DNA of 64,000 nt from an uncultured Acidobacteriota bacterium (GTDB taxonomy: Bacteria; Acidobacteriota; Vicinamibacteria; Vicinamibacterales; CAVVIG01), in assembly GCA_963761615.1 (NCBI GenBank), contig CAVXGU010000004.1, forward strand, positions 223,537-287,536. Direction: 5' to 3'. The notes under the pieces are model-generated. The model searched no databases. It saw only the letters and a program-made list of their open reading frames with translations, and was not told the DNA's origin. Positions 56,176 through 64,000 of the stretch are shown here, piece by piece. Position numbers and translations under genes: made by a program. Each line of letters starts with the position of its first letter. The stretch's first letter is position 1.

Positions 56176-57057
56176 ATGCCGTACGAAGTGCTCGCCCGCA
56201 GCTCCTGCCGGCGGATCGTCTTCACGACGGGCGACCCGGCCGTCTGGTCCGCGGTGCGATACCTGGAATGTGACCCGGAGGTGGAGGCCCGCGGTCCGGT
56301 CGGCCTGGTGCGCGTCGGACTGGACCGCCACCGTGGCCGCCATCGCATCGCGCAGCCCGATCGCGAGCCTCGCGAGGAGCTGACGCTCCGCGAGGTCGTT
56401 CGGTATCTGGACGGCCGGCTGTTCGAGCAGGCGATGGAGGATTACCCCGGGGCGCCGGTGATCCGCGCGGCCTGCCTGCGCCGCCAGGGGCGCCGGATGC
56501 TGCTCCTCGGTCCCAACCGTGTCGGCACGACCGCGCTGGTGCTGCGCCTCATGCTGGCGGGGGCCGCGGTCGAGGGCGACGCGCACGTGTTCGCGCTCGC
56601 CGGCGGGGTGATTGCGCGACCGCGCGGTCTTCGGGTGAACGCCGGGGACGTTCCGCGCGTGCCCGAGATCGCCAGGGAGGTGCTGTCTGCGCCGTTCCAC
56701 GAAGACGGGCGCGGCGGACGGGCCTACAACCTGGATCCGCGGACCCTCGGGCGGCCATGGGAGATCCGGCACGGACCGGTGGATGTCGTCGTCCTGCTGA
56801 GGAGCAACCTTGGCGGCAGGTCGTCGATCCGTCCGATCGGACCGACGACCGTCGTTCGCGAGGCGATGTCCGCGTGCGTCATGCCGCGCGCCGGCCGCGG
56901 CGCCGCCGTGAGCGCGCTCGTCGCCGCCCTTCGGTCGGCGCGGGGCTTCGACCTCTCGTACGGCGACGACGAGGGTGCGCGCCGTTGCATCGAGGCGGCG
57001 TGCGACGGTCTGTTGGCCGCAACGGCGAGCCGCTATTTCCCCGTCAGCTCCCGGTAG
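56176..57057 (+). CDS. HPr-kinase-related protein paralogue with a degenerate P-loop
   Basis: 293 aa and collinear with the protein at 51309..52188. The P-loop position reads GPNRVGTTAL, with no Lys. ATG verified at 56176. Confidence 0.7.
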   Translation: MPYEVLARSSCRRIVFTTGDPAVWSAVRYLECDPEVEARGPVGLVRVGLDRHRGRHRIAQPDREPREELTLREVVRYLDGRLFEQAMEDYPGAPVIRAACLRRQGRRMLLLGPNRVGTTALVLRLMLAGAAVEGDAHVFALAGGVIARPRGLRVNAGDVPRVPEIAREVLSAPFHEDGRGGRAYNLDPRTLGRPWEIRHGPVDVVVLLRSNLGGRSSIRPIGPTTVVREAMSACVMPRAGRGAAVSALVAALRSARGFDLSYGDDEGARRCIEAACDGLLAATASRYFPVSSR

Positions 57058-57926
57058 ACGACTTCGGTGAACGTGGCGAAGCGGGGCCGGCCTCCGCCGC
57101 CGGCGGCCGCGGCGAGGGGCGGATCCACGGCCGCCTGGATGTCGGCGAGGGACTTGCCCTCTTTCACCATCGCCGCGATCCGCGCGCGCTTGGCTTCGGC
57201 CGACGTGATGCGCGCCTCGATCTGCGCCTTCGTCTGCACGTCGCCGTGTCCGGGCACGAACTGGCTGGCGTCGAGCGCGGCAATGCCCTTGGCCGACGTG
57301 ATCCAGCCGGCCGACGATCCGTGCTTCTCGAGGTGGATCAGCGGATCGGGAAGCTGCAGCGCGAAGATGTCGCCCGTGAAGACCAGCTGTTCGGCGGGGA
57401 GATAGACGACGAGGTCGCCGCTCGTGTGCGCCGGAGCCCAGTGCAGCAGCTCCAGCTTGACGCCGTCGATGGTCAAGTCTTCCCGGTCCCTGGTGACGAT
57501 CCGGGTCGGCAGCTTGTCGGCCGGAGGCGCGCCGCGCCCGCCGGCGGCCAGCGCGGCCTCCTGCTCCTTCTTGTTGTTCTCGTGCGCGATGATCGTGATC
57601 CCGGCCGGGAACGACGCCGCGCCGTTCACGTGATCGGCGTCGCTGTGCGTTTCGATGAGCGTCGTCACCGGCTTCGGCGTCAGCTTGGCGACGTCCTCCA
57701 GCAGCTCCTTGCCGCCGGCCGGCGTCGTCTTGGCATCGATGACGATGACGCCGCTCGCGCCGATGATGATGCCGCTGTTGCCGCCGCCGCCGTTGACCCA
57801 GTACACGTTCGGCCTGAGCTGCGAGACCACGAATGGAGCCTGCGGGGGCGCCTGTGCCCAGGTCGCCGGGGCGAGCGCGAGCGCAGCAATCGTGAAAGCG
57901 ACTCGGATGATTCTGGATGGTGACAT
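57033..57926 (-). CDS. secreted MBL-fold metallo-hydrolase
   Basis: 297 aa with a signal peptide. THSDADH (HxHxDH variant), then HTSGD and PGHG. Confidence 0.85.
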   Translation of the reverse strand: MSPSRIIRVAFTIAALALAPATWAQAPPQAPFVVSQLRPNVYWVNGGGGNSGIIIGASGVIVIDAKTTPAGGKELLEDVAKLTPKPVTTLIETHSDADHVNGAASFPAGITIIAHENNKKEQEAALAAGGRGAPPADKLPTRIVTRDREDLTIDGVKLELLHWAPAHTSGDLVVYLPAEQLVFTGDIFALQLPDPLIHLEKHGSSAGWITSAKGIAALDASQFVPGHGDVQTKAQIEARITSAEAKRARIAAMVKEGKSLADIQAAVDPPLAAAAGGGGRPRFATFTEVVYRELTGK

Positions 57927-58060
57927 GTGCCGGACCCTCCTTGCGGGCAGTCAGCCTCCGATTGTAGGGCAGGTGGGCGCGCGTCGAACCTCCGGCGGGC
58001 ACGGGCCGTCTAAAATCCGACGAAGCCCGATCCCCGCACCGATTTCTGGAGGCGCGCGTC

Positions 58061-60559
58061 GTGTGGATCATCGCGTGGTTCGAACGGCTCTGGCAGGACG
58101 TCCGCTACGGCAGCCGCGTCCTGGCGCGGAGCCCGGGATTCACCCTGGTGGCGATGCTGTCGCTCGCCACGGGCATCGGCGCCAACGTCGCCGCCTTCAG
58201 CTGGGCCGATGCCCTCCTGCTTCGCCCGCTGCCCGTGGCCCGGCCGAACGAGATCGTCACCGTCGGGGACACGGTCTCGGTGGAAGGCTTCACCAGCCTC
58301 GCCGCGTCGTACCGCGAGTACGAGGATCTGCGCGATCGCGCGAAGAGCTTCGAGGGGCTGACCGCCTCGAGCGGCATCACGGCGGGCGTCGCGACGGATC
58401 CGGCCGCGCTGCCGAAGCTGAAGCTCGGCCTGCTCGTCAGCGGCAACTTCTTTTCCCTGATGGGCGTCCAGCCGATGCTCGGCCGCGCGTTCAGGGCGGA
58501 GGAAGACCAGGTGCCCGACCGTGACGCGGTCGTCGTGCTGGGCTATGACTTCTGGCAGCGCGAGCTCGGCGGCGATCCCGCCGTGCTGGGGCGCCGCATT
58601 CGATTGAACGGCATCCCCTTCACGGTCATCGGCATCGTCCCGGCGAGCTTCACCGGCATCAATCAGTTCGTCCGCAACGACTTCTACGCCCCGATCATGA
58701 TGTGGCCCGCGCTGTCGGGGAATCCCAAGGTGCACCCGCTCGAGGATCGGAGCCTGCAGGAGGTGACGATCAAGGGACGCCTCGCGCCGGGGGTCGGCCT
58801 GACGCAGGCGCAGGCGGAACTGTCGGCGATCGGCGCCGATCTGGCGCGCGAGTACCCGCAGACGAACGAGAACCGCGTCCTCGCCGTGCGCACGGAGCTG
58901 CAGAGCCGGGTCGCCCAGTCACCGCCCGACGCGATGCTCATCGTGATGCTGAGCACGCTGGCGCTGGCCGTGCTGTTCGTCGCCTGTGCGAACGTGGCGG
59001 GACTGCTCACGAGCCGCGCGCCCGCGCGTGCCAGAGAAATCGCGCTCCGCCTGGCGATCGGCGCGGGACGCGTGCGGCTGGTGCGCCAGCTGATCACCGA
59101 GAGCCTCCTGATTGCCGTCGGCGGGGGCGTCCTGGGCGTCGCCGTCGGGTACGCGGGGGTCCGCGTGTTTCAGCACATCCAGATCCCGTCGGACCTGCCC
59201 GTGTCGCTCGACTTTCAGCTCGACCGGCGCGCGCTCGTGTTCAGCCTGATCGTCGCCGCCGCGAGCGCGTTGCTCTTCGGCCTCGTCCCTGCGCTGCAGA
59301 CGACGCGGCTCGATCTCAACACGGCGATGAAGACCGGCGACGCGGACATGGGCGGCTCGCAGCGCCGCCTCGGCCGGCGCCTCCTCGTGGGCGCGCAGGT
59401 GGCCGTGTCGGTGATCCTGCTGGTGGTGGCCACCTTCATGTATCGCAGCTTCATCCGGCAGGTGGGATCGGGACCCGGCTACCGCACGGATCACGTGCTG
59501 ATGATGGGGCTCGACACGAGCCTCGTTCACTACTCCGACGTGGACAGCCGGGTGTTCTTCGAGCGCCTGGGCGACAGGGCGCGCGAGGTGCCGGGCGTCC
59601 GGTTGGCCGCGCTGTCCTCGACGGTCCCGATGTCGACCGACAGCGTCGGTTCGACGTCCATCGTGCCGGAGGGACACCAGCTGCCGACGGGGCAGGACAG
59701 CATCGGCGTGCTCGACGCCATCGTCGACGAGCGGTACTTCGACGTGATGGACATTCCGATCGTCGAGGGGCGCGCGTTTACCGAGCGGGATCGCGACGGC
59801 ACGCCGCTCGTGGCCGTCGTGAACGAGAGCCTGGCGCGGAAGTACTGGCCCGACGCCAGCGCGCTCGGCAAGCGGTTCCAGCTGGCCGCCGCGCCGGGAC
59901 GTCCCTGGGTGCAGATCGTCGGCGTCGCGAAGGAGAGCAAGTACATCTGGCTGGCCGAGCCGCCCACCGACTTCGTGTACATGCCGTACCAACAGCACCC
60001 GCGATCGAACATGACCCTGCTGGCGCAGTCGATCGGCGACGATCCCGCCGCGCTGGCCGCGCCACTGCGCGACGTGGTGCGGGACCTGGATCGGAACCAG
60101 CCAATCTTCAACGTGCGCACGATGAGCGAGTTCTACCGCATGCGGGCGGTCAGCATCTTCGACATCGTCATCGGCACTGTCGCCGCCATGGGGCTGATGG
60201 GGCTGGGCCTCGCGATCGTCGGCATCTACGGCCTCATGTCCTATGCGGTGATGCGGCGGACGCGCGAGATCGGGATCCGAATGGCAATCGGCGCCGATCG
60301 CGGGGCGGTGCTGCGCATGGTGCTCGGGCAGGGCGCGACGCTCGCGGGCGCGGGCCTGGCCCTCGGTCTGGTCGGCGCCATCGGCGCCGGACGGGTGCTG
60401 CGCGCGATGTTTCCGGGCGGGGCGACCCGGCCCGGCACGGACCTGGTCGGTCTCGCGATCGTGGGCGTTGTGGTGCTGGCGATCACGCTGCTGGCCGCGT
60501 ACGTGCCCGCGCGCCGCGCGTCCCGCGTCGACCCGATCACGGCCCTGCGCTACGAGTAG
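58061..60559 (+). CDS. ADOP-family duplicated ABC-type (FtsX/MacB-like) permease
   Basis: 832 aa. N-terminus WQDVRYGSRVLARSPGFTLVAMLSLATGIGAN. Two FtsX-type 4-TM modules. C-terminal pattern PARRASRVDPITALRYE. Confidence 0.9.
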   Translation: MWIIAWFERLWQDVRYGSRVLARSPGFTLVAMLSLATGIGANVAAFSWADALLLRPLPVARPNEIVTVGDTVSVEGFTSLAASYREYEDLRDRAKSFEGLTASSGITAGVATDPAALPKLKLGLLVSGNFFSLMGVQPMLGRAFRAEEDQVPDRDAVVVLGYDFWQRELGGDPAVLGRRIRLNGIPFTVIGIVPASFTGINQFVRNDFYAPIMMWPALSGNPKVHPLEDRSLQEVTIKGRLAPGVGLTQAQAELSAIGADLAREYPQTNENRVLAVRTELQSRVAQSPPDAMLIVMLSTLALAVLFVACANVAGLLTSRAPARAREIALRLAIGAGRVRLVRQLITESLLIAVGGGVLGVAVGYAGVRVFQHIQIPSDLPVSLDFQLDRRALVFSLIVAAASALLFGLVPALQTTRLDLNTAMKTGDADMGGSQRRLGRRLLVGAQVAVSVILLVVATFMYRSFIRQVGSGPGYRTDHVLMMGLDTSLVHYSDVDSRVFFERLGDRAREVPGVRLAALSSTVPMSTDSVGSTSIVPEGHQLPTGQDSIGVLDAIVDERYFDVMDIPIVEGRAFTERDRDGTPLVAVVNESLARKYWPDASALGKRFQLAAAPGRPWVQIVGVAKESKYIWLAEPPTDFVYMPYQQHPRSNMTLLAQSIGDDPAALAAPLRDVVRDLDRNQPIFNVRTMSEFYRMRAVSIFDIVIGTVAAMGLMGLGLAIVGIYGLMSYAVMRRTREIGIRMAIGADRGAVLRMVLGQGATLAGAGLALGLVGAIGAGRVLRAMFPGGATRPGTDLVGLAIVGVVVLAITLLAAYVPARRASRVDPITALRYE

Positions 60560-60646
60560 GCACGCGCGGCGGCACCCTCGACCGGGTCCCGGAAAGACAA
60601 CCGATTACACGCGCGCCGTGTCCCTGTTACGCCATAGACTGGGCGG

Positions 60647-61525
60647 GTGCCCTCCGATCGCGCCGATCGAACGAACGCCGCGCGCGTGCGGAGGCTGCGC
60701 TCGCGCTCGTGGCGTCCCGCCGTGCTGGCCGTGGGCGTCCTGCTCGTCGCCTCGATCGGCGCCGCGCAGTTCCGGCGAGGAGGATTCGGTCGCTTCGGCC
60801 CGTCCGTCGACTTCGCGAAGCCGGATGACTTCGACGGCAGCTTCCAGTTCTGCCGCATCGTGTTTCGCAACGCGCCGGACGGCGACGGCGCCGGGTGGGA
60901 AGTCGACTGGCCGCGCGCCGACGAGAACCTGTCGACCCGGCTGTCGGAGCTGACGACGACGTCGGTCGGCAAGGACGCCGACGGCGAGACCAAGCACCTG
61001 CTGGTGCGACTCACCGACCCGGAGCTCTATCACTGCCCGTTCATCATGATGACCGAGCCGGGCGGCGCCTACTTCGACGATCAGGAGGCCGCGCACCTTC
61101 GGGACTACGTGCTGAAGGGCGGGTTCCTCTGGGCGGACGATTTCTGGGGCGAGTACGCGTGGAAGTTCTGGTCGGCGCAGATCGCCAAGGCCCTGCCGCC
61201 CGACAAGTACCCCATCGTCGACGTGCCGCTCGACGATCCCCTCTTCCACATGGTCCTCGACGTGCCGCGCGTTCCGCAGATTCCCGGTATCCGGTACTGG
61301 ATGTACTCCGAGGGCGGGACCTCCGAGCGCGGCGCCGACAGCGCGGTGCCGCACGTCCGCGCGATCCGTGACGAGCGCGGGCGCATTCTCGTGCTGATGA
61401 CCCACAACACCGACTTCGGCGATGCGTTCGAGGAAGAGGCGACGAACCACCAGTACTTCCTGGACTTCTCGATCGAAGGGTATGCGTTCGGGGTCGACGC
61501 GCTCGTCTATGCGATGACGCACTGA
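60647..61525 (+). CDS. DUF4159 domain protein
   Basis: 292 aa. F.FCRI.F..........W..D.P.AD.NL..RL.ELT......L.DPEL..CPFI.M.EPG...F...EA..LR.Y..KGGFLWADDFWG matches the DUF4159 pattern. Confidence 0.8.
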   Translation: MPSDRADRTNAARVRRLRSRSWRPAVLAVGVLLVASIGAAQFRRGGFGRFGPSVDFAKPDDFDGSFQFCRIVFRNAPDGDGAGWEVDWPRADENLSTRLSELTTTSVGKDADGETKHLLVRLTDPELYHCPFIMMTEPGGAYFDDQEAAHLRDYVLKGGFLWADDFWGEYAWKFWSAQIAKALPPDKYPIVDVPLDDPLFHMVLDVPRVPQIPGIRYWMYSEGGTSERGADSAVPHVRAIRDERGRILVLMTHNTDFGDAFEEEATNHQYFLDFSIEGYAFGVDALVYAMTH

Positions 61526-61580
61526 GACGGGCGCCGGGCACCGGAGGGCCGCGGCGCGCGCCCTGAAGGGAGCACGGGGG

Positions 61581-62276
61581 CTACGTCGCGTCGCCGGTGG
61601 CGATGGAGTCGCGCTGGCGTCCGCGACGGATGACGCGCCAGACGATCCACCCGCCCACGGCCACGGCTCCGACCGCCAGCCACACTCCGGGCCCGATGTC
61701 GATCGCGGCTGCCTCGGCGCCCAGGAACGCCGCGGCGTAGTCGGCGGGCACGAGGCCGACGGTCGTCAGCAGCACGAACGGCAGGAACGGCAGGCGCACC
61801 ATGCCGGCGACGTAGCTGACCGGATCGCACGGGACGCCGGGGACCCAGTGACCGAGCACGATCGCCCAGCCGCCACGGTTCGCCATGAACCGGTCGGCGA
61901 CGTCCAGGCTGCTGGCGGGCAGCAGGCGCTCGGCGACGGCGCGCCCCAGCGTCCGCCCGATGAGATACGCGCCGATCGCGCCGCCCAGCGTTCCCACGAA
62001 CGACACCAGCATCCCCACCCAGACGCCGAAGGCGAGCCCGTTGGCGATCATCAGGATGGTGGCCGGGATGGGGATGGCGATCGAGAGAAGGACCATCAGG
62101 AGGCCGGACATGAGCGGGCCCCAGATGCCGAGCGACGTCAGGTAGTGCTGGAAGTCGCCGAGGTGTCCCGAGGCGAGCAGGGTCAGGCCGCCGACGATCG
62201 CGGCGCGCGGACCCGGGAGCCAGCCGATCACGATGAGAGCCAGCACCAGCAGCGCCGGCCACGCTTTTCTGCTCAT
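61581..62276 (-). CDS. TVP38/TMEM64 (DedA-related) family membrane protein
   Basis: 231 aa, multi-TM, with GWLPGP, IPIPATILMIANGLAFG and G..GA..AYLIGR patterns. Confidence 0.85.
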   Translation of the reverse strand: MSRKAWPALLVLALIVIGWLPGPRAAIVGGLTLLASGHLGDFQHYLTSLGIWGPLMSGLLMVLLSIAIPIPATILMIANGLAFGVWVGMLVSFVGTLGGAIGAYLIGRTLGRAVAERLLPASSLDVADRFMANRGGWAIVLGHWVPGVPCDPVSYVAGMVRLPFLPFVLLTTVGLVPADYAAAFLGAEAAAIDIGPGVWLAVGAVAVGGWIVWRVIRRGRQRDSIATGDAT

Positions 62277-62300
62277 GCGATCAATTGTCGATGGCCGGCC

Positions 62301-63965
62301 TCAACGCACGGTGGCGGCGATTTCGGCGGCGATGGACTCTTCGGTGTAGCCGGCCGACGGCCCGCGCTCTTCCCAGGAGGGGACGTCGAGGCTGTAGCGG
62401 TGCTCGGCGAGGGTCAGGCGGTTGCGCACGGCGAAGTCGTGCTGATCGAGCTGCATGACGATCGAGGTCATCGAGATCGCGCCGCGCTCCACGTAGGGCT
62501 TGAGGTCCTGCACGAAGCGCAGGCCTTCGAGGTCACCCTGCAGCTTCAGCGTCGCCGCGATCTTGTAGTAGAGCGCCATTTCGGCGACGCGGGACAGCCG
62601 CCGCCCTCCCGCCGCCGGGCGCCCCGCCGATCCGATGAGGCGCTTCTTGATCTGCTCGTAGCTCAGCACGCGATCGACGAGGTCGATGAAGCCCTGCTGC
62701 AGCTCGATCGGCCGCATCTTGGCCGGCACGAACACCGTGTGGTGCGCGTCGTACATGCGCGGCTTCACGGTGAGGAGCCGGCCTTCCATCAGGTAGCGCT
62801 TCCACTGCCGGCCGATGGGTGTGAGGATGTTGAAGTAGGGGAACAGGATGTTGTTGCGGTCGAAGAAGTCGAACGCGGCGTCGAAACAGTCCGTCGTCTC
62901 GGCGTCGGTGCCGAAGATGAAGCTGGCGATCGCCTCCATCCCGTACTCGCGAAGCCGGCCGATCGCCTCGTCGTAGTCGAACGCCACGTTGTGGAACTTC
63001 TTGTACGACCGGAGCACCTCGACGCTCGTGCTCTCGAGGCCGATGAAGATGTTGTAGAAGCCCGCCTCGCGCATCAGCTCGAGGGCTTCCTTGTCCTTCG
63101 AGACGTTGATCGTCAGCTGCGATCCGAACGAGGCGTGGAAGCCGGGGTAGCGCTTGTTGAGGGCGATGATCGCGCGGCAGATCGCCTTGAAGTGCGTGGG
63201 GTTGCCGAAGATGTTGTCGTCGACGAAGAAGATGGGACGGCGCGCGAAGCGGCCCACGAGGTCGTGGCGGTAGATCTGCTCGAGCTCCGCGACGATCGCC
63301 TCGGGCTTCTTGTAGCGCATCGTGTGGCCGAGCATCGCGACGATGGAGCAGAACTCGCAGTCGAAGGGGCAGCCCCGGCTCGCCTGCAGGGTGAGCGACA
63401 CGTAGCGCATCCACCGCCGCCGGTTCGGCTTGGGCAGGTGCATGATCTCCGACATGTCGGTCTTGGCCGTCTGCTCGTAAACCGGCTTCAGCGTGCCGTC
63501 CCGGGCGTCGGCGAGCATGTCGGCCCACACGTGCTCGGCTTCCGACACGCAGATGGCATCGGCGTGGTTCAGCGCGTGGTCGCTCACCATGTACGGGTAG
63601 TACCCGCCCATGACCACCTTGACGCCGCGGGCCCGGAACAGATCCGCGATCTGGCAGGCCCGCGTCGCGTTGGTCACCATCACCGTCAGCGCGACCAGGT
63701 CGTAGTCGCCCTCGAAATCGATCGTGTCGAGGTTCTCGTTGACGACGGTGAGGTCGACCCAGTCCGGCGTGAGCGCGGCGAGCGTCTCGAGGCCGTTGAA
63801 GGCGAGCCCGTAGGATCGGACCCGGAACGGCCAGACGAGCAACTGGTGCACCCGCTCCTGGCTGAACTGGGTGCGTACGCGCGAGTCCGCGTCCCGGCAG
63901 GGATAGACGAGGAGGACGCGAAGAGTCTTCGACCCGCGTGGCTTCAAGCATCGGGATCGTAGCAC
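62301..63965 (-). CDS. B12-binding domain-containing radical SAM protein
   Basis: 554 aa. N-terminal Rossmann-like B12-binding region (VALTVMV, VVMGG), then the radical SAM motif SRGCPFDCEFC. GTG start near the window end. Confidence 0.85.
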   Translation of the reverse strand: MLRSRCLKPRGSKTLRVLLVYPCRDADSRVRTQFSQERVHQLLVWPFRVRSYGLAFNGLETLAALTPDWVDLTVVNENLDTIDFEGDYDLVALTVMVTNATRACQIADLFRARGVKVVMGGYYPYMVSDHALNHADAICVSEAEHVWADMLADARDGTLKPVYEQTAKTDMSEIMHLPKPNRRRWMRYVSLTLQASRGCPFDCEFCSIVAMLGHTMRYKKPEAIVAELEQIYRHDLVGRFARRPIFFVDDNIFGNPTHFKAICRAIIALNKRYPGFHASFGSQLTINVSKDKEALELMREAGFYNIFIGLESTSVEVLRSYKKFHNVAFDYDEAIGRLREYGMEAIASFIFGTDAETTDCFDAAFDFFDRNNILFPYFNILTPIGRQWKRYLMEGRLLTVKPRMYDAHHTVFVPAKMRPIELQQGFIDLVDRVLSYEQIKKRLIGSAGRPAAGGRRLSRVAEMALYYKIAATLKLQGDLEGLRFVQDLKPYVERGAISMTSIVMQLDQHDFAVRNRLTLAEHRYSLDVPSWEERGPSAGYTEESIAAEIAATVR

Positions 63966-64000
63966 GCGACCCGATCGCCGGAGGGAAATCTTTCGACGGG

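Noticed and set aside
48792-57057. Calling the cluster a lasso-peptide biosynthetic gene cluster.
   Set aside because: The kinase, PqqD and nucleotidyltransferase are lasso-associated elsewhere. However, no Asn-synthetase-like lasso cyclase, transglutaminase-like B2 protease or ABC exporter is present in or next to the cluster.
62301-63965. B12-binding radical SAM gene as a tailoring enzyme of the 48.8-57.1 kb cluster.
   Set aside because: About 5 kb of unrelated genes on mixed strands separate it from the cluster (secreted MBL, ADOP permease, DUF4159, TVP38). Nothing in the sequence supports linkage.

Overview
The window is about 70% GC, gene-dense chromosomal DNA. ADOP-type duplicated permease, VWA, PEGA and DUF4159 genes and GCGGACC-TTCA-GGTCCGC-type extragenic palindromes suggest Acidobacteriota, possibly Vicinamibacteria-like; this is inference only. 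All domain calls come from reading motifs in the supplied translations, since no searches were run. I support about 58 protein genes, one tRNA-Ser(GGA), three loci of REP-like palindromic repeats and two candidate regulatory sites. I saw no CRISPR array, rRNA, transposase or integrase. Most long ORFs antisense to real genes are high-GC shadow ORFs.

Main blocks, in order:
- glgB 3' end, an MFS transporter, and EVE, acyl-CoA dehydrogenase and GlsB-DUF1003 genes.
- A frameshifted YncE/phosphoesterase gene.
- A czcCBA-like heavy-metal RND operon whose adaptor gene is frameshifted.
- Small redox genes and tRNA-Ser.
- A GT39-like membrane glycosyltransferase.
- nifJ (PFOR) with a translationally coupled DHOD-like gene and a divergent CDGSH Fe-S gene.
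- A STAND-LuxR / ferredoxin-fused class III cyclase / MBL hydrolase operon, followed by Rieske and stand-alone cNMP-binding genes.
- A DabA(DUF2309)-DabB operon with an extra antiporter-like subunit, divergent from a Cys-free ArsR regulator across a perfect 18-bp AT-rich palindrome.
- A PAS-PilZ pair.
- A compact divergent nine-gene cluster at 48.8-57.1 kb.

The nine-gene cluster is the best candidate for an undescribed system. It contains two HPr-kinase-related proteins, a PqqD-like chaperone, a PF14907-like nucleotidyltransferase, four glycosyltransferases including Mnn9/Anp1-like and Mnn1-like enzymes, and a 66-aa candidate substrate peptide.

Three genes carry single-nucleotide frame disruptions. 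Read-level verification is needed before calling them pseudogenes.
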